This document shows, piece by piece, positions 9,618 through 19,788 of a DNA stretch of 62,393 bases. The first letter of the stretch is position 1; every line of letters begins with the position of its first letter. The stretch is taken from NCBI GenBank assembly GCA_017960565.1, contig JAGCYY010000004.1:1-62393 (forward strand), given 5' to 3'. A program made the position numbers and the translations under genes. Source of the stretch: a bacterium (GTDB lineage: Bacteria; Bacillota_I; Bacilli_A; Izemoplasmatales; UBA1188). The notes under the pieces are model-generated. The model was not told where the DNA came from, did not search any database, and saw only the letters and a program-made list of their open reading frames with translations.

Positions 9618-9633
9618 TACAAGCTCTTTTTTT
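9608..9633 (+). terminator. Intrinsic terminator overlapping the efp stop codon
   Basis: AAGAGCTT-AATAC-AAGCTCTT followed by a T run. Confidence 0.7.
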
Positions 9634-9639
9634 ATATTT

Positions 9640-10179
9640 ATGAATTACGAAATCGAACTAAAATACAAAGTAAATAAACTTCCTTTAAAGTTTGATAGAT
9701 GTCTTGAGATTGTGCAAACATATTTTAAACCTAAAAATAATTTAGATATTCTAATAGAATCCTTTGATAATTTAGATATCAATACTATAAACACTTTTAG
9801 ATTAAGAAAAATAATAGAAAATAATAATATTAAATACTATTTAACACTTAAGACAAAATCAGTAGGAATAAAAAGAAAAGAATATGAAAAAGAAATATCT
9901 ATAGATACATATAACACACTTATTCAAGAAAATATTGATTCTAAAGTTATTAAAAATAGATATATTAAGTATGAAAATAATTATATATTTGAATATGATG
10001 AATATTTAAATCTCAAAATTAATTTAATCACATTAGAAGTGGAATTAGAAAAAGAGAATAATCTTCAGGAAGATAAAACAAAAATAGAAGCAATCCTTAA
10101 AGAAAACAATATAGAGTATATAGATGTCACATTAGATCATCGATATAAAAACACTAATATAATCAAATATTTTGGATAA
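9640..10179 (+). CDS. CYTH-domain (triphosphate tunnel metalloenzyme) protein
   Basis: EIELKY (ExExK), RLRK, LTLK, EYE, KNRY, LEVE. Start re-assigned to ATG 9640 because ExExK is normally N-terminal. Confidence 0.8.
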   Translation: MNYEIELKYKVNKLPLKFDRCLEIVQTYFKPKNNLDILIESFDNLDINTINTFRLRKIIENNNIKYYLTLKTKSVGIKRKEYEKEISIDTYNTLIQENIDSKVIKNRYIKYENNYIFEYDEYLNLKINLITLEVELEKENNLQEDKTKIEAILKENNIEYIDVTLDHRYKNTNIIKYFG

Positions 10180-10191
10180 GGGGGAAGTAAG

Positions 10192-10941
10192 ATGAGTACT
10201 AGAAAAGTAGTTCTTGTCACAGGTTCTGCAAGAGGAATCGGTGCTGCAATAATTCGTGAGCTCGCTAAATGTGGATATGATTGTGTAATCAATTACCATA
10301 CATCAGAAAAAGGTGCTCTACTATTAAAACAAGAAGTAGAAACTAAATATAACATTAAAGCTATTACAGTTAAGGCAGACATTTCAAATGAACAAGAAGT
10401 AAATGAGATGTTTGATGTCATTGAAAAAGAATTTGGAACACTATCGTGTCTCATAAACAATGCGGCAATAGATATTCCAAAAATATTTGAATCAAAAAGA
10501 ACACAAGATTTTAAAAGAGTCATGGATGTAAATGTTATTGGGGCATATTTAGTTTCTAGAAAAGCATCTAAATATATGCTTAAAAATAAATGGGGTAGAA
10601 TCATAAATATCTCCTCTACAAACGGTATTAACACTTATTATCCAATGTGTCTTGAGTATGATGCCTCCAAAGCGGCATTAATATCTTTAACACATAATCT
10701 TTCTATTCAATTTGCACCATATATAACAGTAAACGCAATCGCTCCTGGCTTTATTGGTACAGAAGCTGAGTTAAATGATTATGATAAAGAATTTATAGAA
10801 GAAGAAGTAAGCAAGATTCTTTTAAAAAGGCCAGGGCGTCCTGAAGAAGTATCTAAACTTGTCAAGTTTTTATTAAGTGATGATGCTGATTATATAAACA
10901 ACACAGTCATCAGAATAGATGGTGGACAATACGGAAGCTAA
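10192..10941 (+). CDS. Classical SDR oxidoreductase (FabG-like)
   Basis: VTGSARGIG, INNAA, YDASK, VNAIAPG, IDGG. Confidence 0.85.
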   Translation: MSTRKVVLVTGSARGIGAAIIRELAKCGYDCVINYHTSEKGALLLKQEVETKYNIKAITVKADISNEQEVNEMFDVIEKEFGTLSCLINNAAIDIPKIFESKRTQDFKRVMDVNVIGAYLVSRKASKYMLKNKWGRIINISSTNGINTYYPMCLEYDASKAALISLTHNLSIQFAPYITVNAIAPGFIGTEAELNDYDKEFIEEEVSKILLKRPGRPEEVSKLVKFLLSDDADYINNTVIRIDGGQYGS

Positions 10942-10974
10942 AAAGAGAAATTCGTTTTGAATTTCTCTTTTTTT
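10941..10974. terminator. Bidirectional terminator between convergent genes
   Basis: AAAAGAGAAATTC-GTTTT-GAATTTCTCTTTT. Confidence 0.8.
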
Positions 10975-12223
10975 ATTCTTTTCTTATTTTGCTTAGTGCA
11001 AGCATGATACTCATCTTGCCATATTCATATGTCAATCCACCTTGCATATACATCGTATATGGTGAGACAACTGGTGCATCACAAGAAAGTTCAATTGTGC
11101 TTCCTTGTGTAAAACATCCTGCAGCCATAACTTCATCAAATGGATATCCAGGCATAGGTGATGGCTCAATATAAGCTTTTGAATCGATTGGAGAAGATGC
11201 TTGGATTCCTCTTGCGAATTCAATCAAATTCTCTTTTGATCCAAGACATATTGTTTGAATTATGTCAGTCCTATAATCATTATATTTAGGCTCGACTCCT
11301 TGAAATCCCAACTTTTCCAGCATATATGCTGCAAAAATTTGAGTTTTTAAGGCATTTTTTACAGCACTTGGTGCCATAAATATCCCCTTAAGCACATTTA
11401 TGTTTGTGTTGAAGTTTGCCCCAAGTTCTTTACCAATTCCAGGCGCAGTAAGTCTTTCAGCGACTTCTTTTATTAAATCACATCTACCAGCTATATATCC
11501 TCCAGTTGATGCGATACCACCACCTAAGTTTTTCATAAGTGATCCTACGACTATGTCAGCTCCGACATCACCAGGTTCTATCTTTTCAACTAGCTCCCCG
11601 TAACAGTTGTCGACAAACACGATGACATTTTTATCAATTTTTCTAATCTCTTTGATAACTTTTTCGATTTTGGAAATCGCTAATGATTCTCTATTTGAAT
11701 AACCTCTAGATCTTTGTATCTCAAGAAGTTTAACATCACCTTTTTTTAATCTTTCGACAATTTTTTCATAATCAAAATCATTGTCAATCAAATCGATTTC
11801 TTCATATTTGATGCCACATGCCTTAAGAGATTGACTTGAATTTCCAATTATTCCAACCATCTCAAGCAAAGAATCATATGGCCTTCCACTAATAGATATC
11901 ATCGTATCCCCATATTTTAATAATGCTTGAAATGCAATATATAAAGCATTAGTACCGCTCATTATTTGTGGTCTTACAAGCGCATCTTCACATCCGAGAA
12001 CTTTTGCGAATATTTTTTCAATTTTATCTCTTCCTGTATCAAAATTACCATAACCATTGATGTCTGTGAAATCAGAATATTGAACGTTGTTTCGAATGAA
12101 TTCGCTGATTATTTTATCAGAATTATAGAATGCGATATCATCGATATTTTTAAAAATGTTTTCTAAATCTTTATCAGCTTTTATCGCTAATTTTTTAATT
12201 TCTTCACTAATATTCTCTATCAT
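10973..12223 (-). CDS. Methionine gamma-lyase family PLP enzyme (YnbB / aluminium-resistance family)
   Basis: ALVRPQIMSGT, IQRSRGY, FVDNCYGE, GSLMKNLGGG, QGSTIELSCDAP. Confidence 0.9.
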   Translation of the reverse strand: MIENISEEIKKLAIKADKDLENIFKNIDDIAFYNSDKIISEFIRNNVQYSDFTDINGYGNFDTGRDKIEKIFAKVLGCEDALVRPQIMSGTNALYIAFQALLKYGDTMISISGRPYDSLLEMVGIIGNSSQSLKACGIKYEEIDLIDNDFDYEKIVERLKKGDVKLLEIQRSRGYSNRESLAISKIEKVIKEIRKIDKNVIVFVDNCYGELVEKIEPGDVGADIVVGSLMKNLGGGIASTGGYIAGRCDLIKEVAERLTAPGIGKELGANFNTNINVLKGIFMAPSAVKNALKTQIFAAYMLEKLGFQGVEPKYNDYRTDIIQTICLGSKENLIEFARGIQASSPIDSKAYIEPSPMPGYPFDEVMAAGCFTQGSTIELSCDAPVVSPYTMYMQGGLTYEYGKMSIMLALSKIRKE

Positions 12224-12359
12224 TTTGATACATCCTCCAAATGATAGGATACTACATTTTTTAGATATTTTTTAAAAAATCTTTTTAAATACAAGAAAAA
12301 AGTATACAATTATAACGACCTATTATTAATCGATCTAGGTATATTAGGAGAACATCAAT

Positions 12360-13328
12360 ATGTGGCTTGTATATGCAATTGGCACCTTCATATTTTGGGG
12401 TACCGCAGACCTATTTTACAAAAGAGGAAATAACGAAAACGAAAAATACACCCACCTAAAAACATCTATATTTGTTGGACTAGTTATGGGCGTTACCGCA
12501 ATATTAACTATCATCATAAAAGGGATAGATTATGATTTTAGAAATATATTCGTTTATATGCCTGTATCTCTCATGTATATATTGTCAATGGTCATAGGTT
12601 ATTTTGGTTTAAAATATCTTGAATTGTCGGTATCATCACCAATTCAAAATTCCTCAGGCGCAGTGACATGTATTTTACTTATAATTGTCTTAAGAGAACT
12701 ACCTGATTATCTATCTTTAATCGCAGTTGGTTTAATCTCAATAGGTGTATTTCTTCTTGGCTTATTTGAAAAGAAGAAAGAAGAAGCCTTCGAGAAGGAA
12801 CAAAATAAAAAATATAAGATCGGTTTTATTGCCTTCTTATTTCCAATATTTTATTGTATAATAGACGCTCTTGGAACATTTTTTGATGGACTATATCTAG
12901 ATGATTATGCTACTACGCCATTATTAAATGTCACAGAAGAGACACTTGAAGATGTTGCGAACATATCATATGAACTGACATTTATGTTTATCGCAATTAT
13001 CCTTTTCATATTTGTACGTTTAATAAAGAAAGAAAGAATTGAAATTCCAAGACAAGGTGATAGATTATTAGCGGCTATATTTGAGACACTCGGTCAGCTT
13101 GTATATGTTTATGCATTATCTGGAAACGCTATCATTGCCGCTCCTGTTGTCGCATCATATTGTGTATTCTCTACGATACTCGCAGGAATCTTCCTAAAAG
13201 AAAAACTGACTATACCACAGTACATATCAGTTGGACTTGTAATAGCGGGAATAGTGCTTCTTGGGATTGTAGAAGGTATTGATCTCTCACTAGAGACAGA
13301 AACGATAATTCCCCTAATATTTCGATAA
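12360..13328 (+). CDS. EamA/DMT family transporter
   Basis: About 10 hydrophobic segments in two repeats; C-terminal IFLKEKLT motif. Confidence 0.8.
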   Translation: MWLVYAIGTFIFWGTADLFYKRGNNENEKYTHLKTSIFVGLVMGVTAILTIIIKGIDYDFRNIFVYMPVSLMYILSMVIGYFGLKYLELSVSSPIQNSSGAVTCILLIIVLRELPDYLSLIAVGLISIGVFLLGLFEKKKEEAFEKEQNKKYKIGFIAFLFPIFYCIIDALGTFFDGLYLDDYATTPLLNVTEETLEDVANISYELTFMFIAIILFIFVRLIKKERIEIPRQGDRLLAAIFETLGQLVYVYALSGNAIIAAPVVASYCVFSTILAGIFLKEKLTIPQYISVGLVIAGIVLLGIVEGIDLSLETETIIPLIFR

Positions 13329-13329
13329 A

Positions 13330-13357
13330 TAAAAACTACATTTAAATGTAGTTTTTA
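13330..13357. terminator. Perfect 28 bp palindrome, probable bidirectional terminator
   Basis: TAAAAACTACATTT/AAATGTAGTTTTTA between convergent stop codons. Confidence 0.75.
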
Positions 13358-13359
13358 AA

Positions 13360-14079
13360 TTATGCAAATTCACTCATAATTACTATATAACTTAATAGAT
13401 TCACAAGCGAATGTGTGAGATAAGATGCAAATATATTCTTGCCTGAATAATGATATATTAAAGCTAATATAAATCCTGGAATTGCATAGATTGGTAAATA
13501 CAAAAGTTCGATAAGGCTAAATTCTGCCATATGTAGAAGCCCAAATAAAATAGATGATGTAATCACAGGAAAGATAAAATGAGTATTAGGGAAAGCATCA
13601 AATATAAGCTTTCTAAATTCAAATTCTTCTAAAAATGGTGCAAGTATTACAGTTGTAAAGAATAATAATACATAATGGATCACCTTAGAAGAAGATTTAA
13701 AATAACCATTGATTATTTCTTGGTTTGTTGTTTCGCCAACTCCAAACCATTTATCGATTGCATCACCATAATACGAGATTCCACTTTCAACTAGATAAAA
13801 TACAAAAAAGGCAACTAAGGAGAATAATATGAATCCTCCAAAATTCTGTGTGACTTTCTTACCATCTTTTCCAATATGTGCATAATATATGGCGATCGCA
13901 ATCACGAGAGGGACAATCTTGCTTGAAAACCAGGTAATAGAAAAAAACATTTCATTGTTTTCAGTGACGATAGCTGCGGCAATGGCTGCAGCAATCCCTT
14001 CTACAACATATAATGCTAAAATTATCAAAATAGGAATAATATCAAATTTTTTCTCTGGTTTTTCATTAATGTATTCCAT
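13360..14079 (-). CDS. CPBP (Abi/CAAX) family intramembrane glutamic protease
   Basis: APFLEEFEFR (EExxxR), FGLLH, HSLVN motifs; multiple TM helices. Confidence 0.9.
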   Translation of the reverse strand: MEYINEKPEKKFDIIPILIILALYVVEGIAAAIAAAIVTENNEMFFSITWFSSKIVPLVIAIAIYYAHIGKDGKKVTQNFGGFILFSLVAFFVFYLVESGISYYGDAIDKWFGVGETTNQEIINGYFKSSSKVIHYVLLFFTTVILAPFLEEFEFRKLIFDAFPNTHFIFPVITSSILFGLLHMAEFSLIELLYLPIYAIPGFILALIYHYSGKNIFASYLTHSLVNLLSYIVIMSEFA

Positions 14080-14163
14080 ATTCCCCCCTTTAACCTAAAT
14101 TATACCATATGTATACAGTTTTATATTGTTAATTTCATAGTTAATCAAAAATTATAAATATTA

Positions 14164-14179
14164 TGATAGAATATTTATA
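14164..14179 (+). promoter_or_regulatory. Extended -10 promoter giving a probable leaderless rdgB transcript
   Basis: TG-A-TAGAAT (14164-14172), then 6 nt to ATG 14179; no SD. Confidence 0.55.
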
Positions 14180-14772
14180 TGAAGAAAGTTATTATCGCAA
14201 CTCACAATAAACATAAGCTAATAGAATTTAATCATATGTTGAAGCCTCTTGGATATGAGGCTATTTCATTATTTGATTTAAATTATTTTACTGAAATAGA
14301 AGAAACTGGTACAACTTTTGAAGAGAATTCATATATTAAAGCCCAAACAATTTATAATATTTTTCATATGCCAGTAATTGCTGATGATTCAGGCCTTTCA
14401 GTTGATGCATTAAATGGCCTTCCAGGCATCTATTCACATAGATATAGTGGCGAAAATGGAGACGATAAATCTAATAGAGAAAAATTAATTTTAGAATTAA
14501 AAAAAATACCTGAATCTCACTTTAATGCCAAATTCATTTGTGCAATCACCTATATTGATGATGCTAAAACAATTAAGACATTAGGCATACTCGATGGCGA
14601 AATCATTTTAGAAGAAAGAGGAAATAGTGGTTTTGGTTATGATCCTATCTTCTATTTAAAAGATCTAAATAAGACGGTTGCCGAACTGGGCGAAGAAAAG
14701 AAAAATGAAATATCGCATAGACATATCGCTCTTCTTAAACTTACAGAGGAATTAAAATCATGCAATTCTTGA
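14179..14772 (+). CDS. rdgB: Non-canonical purine NTP pyrophosphatase (RdgB/HAM1)
   Basis: ATHNKHK, ADDSGL, GFGYDPIF, SHR. Confidence 0.95.
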   Translation: MKKVIIATHNKHKLIEFNHMLKPLGYEAISLFDLNYFTEIEETGTTFEENSYIKAQTIYNIFHMPVIADDSGLSVDALNGLPGIYSHRYSGENGDDKSNREKLILELKKIPESHFNAKFICAITYIDDAKTIKTLGILDGEIILEERGNSGFGYDPIFYLKDLNKTVAELGEEKKNEISHRHIALLKLTEELKSCNS

Positions 14773-15275
14773 TATTTTCTGATATTCATGGCGATCTATC
14801 ACTACTCGATGAACTAATAGAATATTATAGTCCTGATCGAATATTTGGGCTTGGTGATTTTGAAGTATCAGAAATCGAACTCACGATGAGAAACATAACT
14901 GGTGTTAGAGGAAATAGCCTATTTGATCCAGATTATATGATAGATAGGATGATCGATATAGATGGTATGAAGATTCTTATGACTCATGGTCATACACATG
15001 GTGTAAGATCAAGTCTATTGTCGCTTAAATTATTTGCTAAAGAAAGATTATGTAATATGGTGTTCTATGGTCATACTCACATCGCTCATATAAGTGAAGT
15101 AGATAATCTAGTAATTGCTAACCCAGGATCGCTCACACTTCCCTATAGCCCAAGTTGTCCAACATGTATCATATTTGAATACAACGATTCTACAGTAACA
15201 CTAAATTTAATAGATGCTGTTAAGAAAGAAACAATTAAAAAATTAATTATAGATAGAAATAGATGGAAGAACTAG
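14760..15275 (+). CDS. YfcE/MJ0936 family metallophosphoesterase
   Basis: SDIHG, GD, RGN, THGH, GHTH, NPGS; usual neighbour of rdgB. Confidence 0.9.
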   Translation: MQFLIFSDIHGDLSLLDELIEYYSPDRIFGLGDFEVSEIELTMRNITGVRGNSLFDPDYMIDRMIDIDGMKILMTHGHTHGVRSSLLSLKLFAKERLCNMVFYGHTHIAHISEVDNLVIANPGSLTLPYSPSCPTCIIFEYNDSTVTLNLIDAVKKETIKKLIIDRNRWKN

Positions 15276-18040
15276 AAAGAAATGAATCAAAAATTGAAGA
15301 ATCTTTAGTCTTATTAGATGATAATAAGAAAAAAGACAACAAAGAAGAGATATTCAAATCTCTTGTTTTGCTCATTCAAGAATTTGAATCTGATTTAGAT
15401 CATAAATCAATTCTAGAAGTTATTGAAGAATATATTGACTCAATCACCAACCCTCAAGATAGATTATTCTTGTTAAATAAGAAAATCTCATCTCTTTTAA
15501 AACTAGAAGAATATAATGACCTATTAAAAACATTAGAAGAAAAGAATAAGATTCCATCATTAAGTGACACTGAAAAAACAAATATTTTCTTCTATAAAGC
15601 TATTGCTCTTGAAGCCTTAGATGAACCAAGTCTTGCAGTTGAGGCTCTTGAGAAAATAGAAGATAATATCTCAAGATATAGTCTAATAAACAAATATTTA
15701 AAACTAGCTCTTCTCTATTTAAAGATTGGGAGAATGAAAGATGCTAAAGATGCATATGATTATGCATCTATGGTAGATCATTCTCACAAGAGTGATATAT
15801 TTTCTTTAGTGGAATCTGATCTATTTTATGCATCAAATAAATTTGTTGAAGCTTTAGATTCTTTTGAATCTTTCTTCTTAAAGAGTCCTAATAAATATAA
15901 ATATCTAGATAGATATATTTTGATTAATATAAAACTCAAAAGATATGATGAAGCATATAATTTCTATAAGAAATTTATTGATAAGCCTTCTTTAAGGCTT
16001 TCAAGCCCAAATAGATATAATTTTCTTAAAGCCATATCAGTTCTTTTAAAAGAGATGGGCAAAAATGATGAATTAATAGAAATAAATAGTTCATTAGAAA
16101 CACTCAAACCAACATATTTTAAAAAAGAAGAAACAGAATTATTTAATATCATCAAATCAATCACATCTTCGCTCTCATATCCTCTCACAAAATATGATAA
16201 ATATAAAAATATCGCCAATAAATTCTTTAAATTATTAAACAAAATTGAAAAAGAAGAATTGATCTTTGTAGAAAGGTATGAAAATGGATACAAATATTCT
16301 ATCTTCAACAATACTCAACTTAAAGAAAATGAAATAGGATATGATTCTTTAAGAGAAAACAATCTCTATGATTATTTTAATATCAATGATGATACAACAT
16401 TAGATTATTATTACAACCATAAATTAGAACGAATCGATCATAAAGTTAGAGTCTTCGTAATTAAATCTAAAGAAACAAATTATGGTTATTTTATTGTATC
16501 TTTTGATGAAAATTATGAACCGATTTATCAAGTATTAAAAGATAGTCTCATAGAGATGTTTGAAAAATTATCAATAATAATCAAAGCTCAAAGAAATCAA
16601 AATGCAATCTTAGAATCTTTATCGAAAGATGAATGTGGATATTTAAAAATTGAAAATGGTTATGTTGAATTTTTAAATATCTATTCAAGAAATATATTCG
16701 ACCTTAAAGATAACGTTATTAAATATGATGATTTTAAAGAATTCTTTATTACACCTACCTATCCAAATGATTTAATAGAAAACGAATCAAAACTAGTTCC
16801 AATTCTCGTTCATGATCTAAGAAGAGAAATAGAATTTAAGCCATATATCTTTGAATCAGTAATCTATTTGTCAATTAAAGACGTTACTGATAAGCTTCAA
16901 TATGAACATAAACTAAAAGAATTCTATAATCATTCAGGCCTAGCTTTTCTAAATATAAATAACTTAAAAGAAGAAATAGAAGGACGTGTTGATAGTTTTG
17001 CGGCTATGGGACTTAATATTGAAGTTATTGAAAGAGAAGATACTTTGTCTAAAAGAGACAATAAGCTTCAAACAATCTATAACATCCTAGCGGAAGAATC
17101 AAAAAGTTCTTATGTTTATTATCTAGGCGAAAATCATTTCTTATATCTTTTATATTCGGTTGATAAGAGAACACTTGAATCCTTATATAAAAGAGTAAGT
17201 GATAAAATTAAAACCTTATATAAATATTCATATACACTAAGAGAAAAAAAAGTAACTGGTTTCGCTTCAAAATCCCTCAAAAACAAAACTTTCACAGAAA
17301 TTAAAGATATAATTGAATATGGCTTTTCATTTTCATCATACAAGAATGATTTTATCATTCTAGATAATGAAGAAAAGAAAGATTATGCCTTATTTAAAAC
17401 ATATGTATATGAAATAGAAAGAAGACTGCAAAGAGGAACATTTGAACTCGATTATTATCCTATCATCGATGAATCCAAAAACAACATTCATTATTTCTTT
17501 TTAAAACCAGTAATCCCATACAACATACCATATAGTGTATATGAAAGGATTTTAGCGCGCTCAAGTCTAGAATCAAGGTCAGATAATATCTTACTAGAAA
17601 GACTATTCATGGATGCTAAAGAGATAAATGAAAATGTGAGATTCATCATCCCAGTTCATAAAGAAAGCATTACTAATCCAAATTTCATCAAAAAATTTCA
17701 GTCCCTCTATAGAGAATTTCCAATGCGTAATAGAATCATATTCTATACAGAATCAAAAACCAATCATGATTATCTAAAAGGAATAGCGTCTATTACTAAT
17801 CTTGGAATAAAAATCGCAACGACATTTGAATCTATAAGCGATCTATCTAGTTACGATGAATATGATATGATATTTATTGCTAACCCAACTAACGATGATT
17901 TTATTAATTATATGATAGATGGATTAATAAATATCAAAAATAAAGAAATAGTTATCACAGATGGCGAGCATATTCCAGGAACTTTATCACTAAGAAATAG
18001 TTATAAAGTTTATACAAAAGATAAATTATCAAAACTATAA
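15263..18040 (+). CDS. Large cytoplasmic protein with N-terminal TPR-like repeats and degenerate GGDEF- and EAL-like domains
   Basis: TPR-like helices (KLALLYLKIGRMKDAKDAYDYA); YYLGENHFL at the GGDEF position; FELDYYPIID..IHYFFLKP at the EAL position; LGIKIA motif. Confidence 0.55.
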   Translation: MEELERNESKIEESLVLLDDNKKKDNKEEIFKSLVLLIQEFESDLDHKSILEVIEEYIDSITNPQDRLFLLNKKISSLLKLEEYNDLLKTLEEKNKIPSLSDTEKTNIFFYKAIALEALDEPSLAVEALEKIEDNISRYSLINKYLKLALLYLKIGRMKDAKDAYDYASMVDHSHKSDIFSLVESDLFYASNKFVEALDSFESFFLKSPNKYKYLDRYILINIKLKRYDEAYNFYKKFIDKPSLRLSSPNRYNFLKAISVLLKEMGKNDELIEINSSLETLKPTYFKKEETELFNIIKSITSSLSYPLTKYDKYKNIANKFFKLLNKIEKEELIFVERYENGYKYSIFNNTQLKENEIGYDSLRENNLYDYFNINDDTTLDYYYNHKLERIDHKVRVFVIKSKETNYGYFIVSFDENYEPIYQVLKDSLIEMFEKLSIIIKAQRNQNAILESLSKDECGYLKIENGYVEFLNIYSRNIFDLKDNVIKYDDFKEFFITPTYPNDLIENESKLVPILVHDLRREIEFKPYIFESVIYLSIKDVTDKLQYEHKLKEFYNHSGLAFLNINNLKEEIEGRVDSFAAMGLNIEVIEREDTLSKRDNKLQTIYNILAEESKSSYVYYLGENHFLYLLYSVDKRTLESLYKRVSDKIKTLYKYSYTLREKKVTGFASKSLKNKTFTEIKDIIEYGFSFSSYKNDFIILDNEEKKDYALFKTYVYEIERRLQRGTFELDYYPIIDESKNNIHYFFLKPVIPYNIPYSVYERILARSSLESRSDNILLERLFMDAKEINENVRFIIPVHKESITNPNFIKKFQSLYREFPMRNRIIFYTESKTNHDYLKGIASITNLGIKIATTFESISDLSSYDEYDMIFIANPTNDDFINYMIDGLINIKNKEIVITDGEHIPGTLSLRNSYKVYTKDKLSKL

Positions 18041-18160
18041 AAATATTTTAATTAGCCCTTATCATTTAATATAGAAAAATATAAAAAAAGAATCACAAGT
18101 TTTGTGGTTTCTTTTTAAACCGTATGATATAATCAATAAACACGGAGGAAACGCACTTTC

Positions 18161-19393
18161 ATGAAAAAAGATAAAACATACATAAAACCAAACCCCATAT
18201 ATTATTCTCTAACTAGATTTGCATCTAACATTCTATCTAAAATATATTTCAAAAGAAAAATAATTAGAAATGAGCTAAAAGGAGTAAAAGGCCCAGCACT
18301 AATTATCGCAAATCATGAATGTGCTTTAGATTTTGTAAATTTGATTGGTGCATTTAAAGATAGAGTTACATTTGTAATATCAAAATCTTTTTATGAATCT
18401 CTCTCTATCAATCCCATATTAAAGAAAATTGGTGTAATCCCAAAACAACAATTTCAAACAAATATTTCAACACTTAAGAAAATGAAATATGCTGCTGATT
18501 CAGGACAAAAAGTTGTCTTATTTCCTCAAGGAATTATGACAGAAAATGGTCTTTCAACACCGATTCCTCCATCGACATATAAATTCTTTAGATTTATGAA
18601 TCAAGATGTTTATGTCGCAAGATCTATAGGTACATATTTTGTCATGCCAAAATGGTCTAAAGGCTTTCATAAGGGTGAAACATATGTAGATATATATAAA
18701 CTCTTTACAAAAGAAGAAACTAAAACACTTAGTCTTGATGAAATCAAAAGTAGAGTTGATGAAGCACTTCTTTTCGATTGCTACAAGGAACAAAAGAAGT
18801 ATATGATAAAATATAAAAATGTCGATAAATTAGAAGGTCTTGAAGGAGTTCTTTATATGTGCCCAACATGTGGATCTGAATTCACAATCAAGACAGAAAA
18901 AAATAAAATATATTGTGAAAATTGCGGATATACAGAATATGCAGATGAATATGGTTTCTTCAAAGATAGTTCTAATGGCCCTCTAATAGATTCTGTCCCA
19001 CTATGGTCTAAAATCATCTATGAAAGATATAAAGAGATGGTTAAAAACGATATGGATAATTCGATTAAAGATGACTGCAAGATTATGACAATCGATGATA
19101 AAAAACATAAATTCACTGAAACTGGTGAAGGAAGAATTGAAATATCTAAAGACTATATTACTTTAAAAGGAACACACAATGGTATTCCACTTGATGTTAA
19201 AGTATCGACAGCTAACATCATGACACTCCCATTTGGCCCATCTAAATATATAGAAGTGCAAGATGAAGAAATGATTTATAGATGTATGCTTTCAAATGGT
19301 CTTAATGCTCAAAAGATGATCAATACACTTAAAATTTTCTATGAATTAAAGACGGGATTAAATATTAGTTATTATGATAAATATAGAATATGA
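18161..19393 (+). CDS. Lysophospholipid acyltransferase (PlsC family) with a C-terminal Zn-ribbon extension
   Basis: NHECALD (HxxxxD), LFPQG, CPTC...CENC. Confidence 0.8.
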   Translation: MKKDKTYIKPNPIYYSLTRFASNILSKIYFKRKIIRNELKGVKGPALIIANHECALDFVNLIGAFKDRVTFVISKSFYESLSINPILKKIGVIPKQQFQTNISTLKKMKYAADSGQKVVLFPQGIMTENGLSTPIPPSTYKFFRFMNQDVYVARSIGTYFVMPKWSKGFHKGETYVDIYKLFTKEETKTLSLDEIKSRVDEALLFDCYKEQKKYMIKYKNVDKLEGLEGVLYMCPTCGSEFTIKTEKNKIYCENCGYTEYADEYGFFKDSSNGPLIDSVPLWSKIIYERYKEMVKNDMDNSIKDDCKIMTIDDKKHKFTETGEGRIEISKDYITLKGTHNGIPLDVKVSTANIMTLPFGPSKYIEVQDEEMIYRCMLSNGLNAQKMINTLKIFYELKTGLNISYYDKYRI

Positions 19394-19421
19394 GATCAAT
19401 TTTATTTGACCTCATTTTTTT
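19390..19421 (+). terminator. Probable terminator after the acyltransferase
   Basis: ATGAGATCAA...TTGACCTCAT imperfect stem followed by a T run. Confidence 0.5.
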
Positions 19422-19437
19422 AATTTAAAAATATATC

Positions 19438-19466
19438 TTTACTTTAGCGCTTTAAAGTGGTAAAAT
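19438..19466 (+). promoter_or_regulatory. his operon promoter overlapped by a HisR operator
   Basis: -35 TTTACT (19438-19443), 17 bp spacer, -10 TAAAAT (19461-19466). Palindrome TACTTTA-GCGCTT-TAAAGTG (19440-19459) fits the YACTTTA-N6-TAAAGTR HisR consensus. Confidence 0.8.
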
Positions 19467-19497
19467 CTAACACATAATAATTTGGAGGTTCCATCTA

Positions 19498-19788
19498 ATG
19501 AAAAATATAAGGACAGACTCAATAGAAAAATTACTAAATGCCATAATGAATATTGAAGGAAAAGACGATCTATATGAATTCTTTGTCGATGTTCTGACAG
19601 TCAAAGAATTAAAAGATATGGGAGATAGATTTGAAGCTGCTATCATGCTTAAAAATGGCGAAAACTACGAAACTATCACCAAGACACTAGGCTTATCAAG
19701 CGCAACAATTTCAAGAGTATCAAGATGTATAAATTATGGAAATGGTGGATATGAAAAAGCTATTAATGCTATGGAGAAAAAACAATGA
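19498..19788 (+). CDS. hisR: TrpR-like YerC/YecD family repressor (HisR)
   Basis: FFVDVLTVKEL...R...L..G.NY..I....GLSSATISRVSRC.NYG..GY; first gene of the his operon. Confidence 0.85.
   Translation: MKNIRTDSIEKLLNAIMNIEGKDDLYEFFVDVLTVKELKDMGDRFEAAIMLKNGENYETITKTLGLSSATISRVSRCINYGNGGYEKAINAMEKKQ

Noticed and set aside
12240-12359. Possible riboswitch upstream of the EamA transporter
   Set aside because: Only a weak ACCTA/TAGGT stem; no recognisable aptamer consensus or terminator.
13360-14079. CPBP 'Abi' protein as a phage-defence gene
   Set aside because: The Abi label of this family is historical. The motifs indicate a membrane protease and there is no defence-island context.
19391-19393. 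Genetic code 4 (TGA = Trp) as in Mycoplasma
   Set aside because: Long genes are intact under code 11, use TGG for Trp, and several end at TGA right before the next gene or a terminator.
19394-19497. T-box or His leader-peptide attenuator before the his operon
   Set aside because: Only about 30 nt between the -10 box and the hisR start; no His-codon run or T-box motif. The operator explains the regulation.
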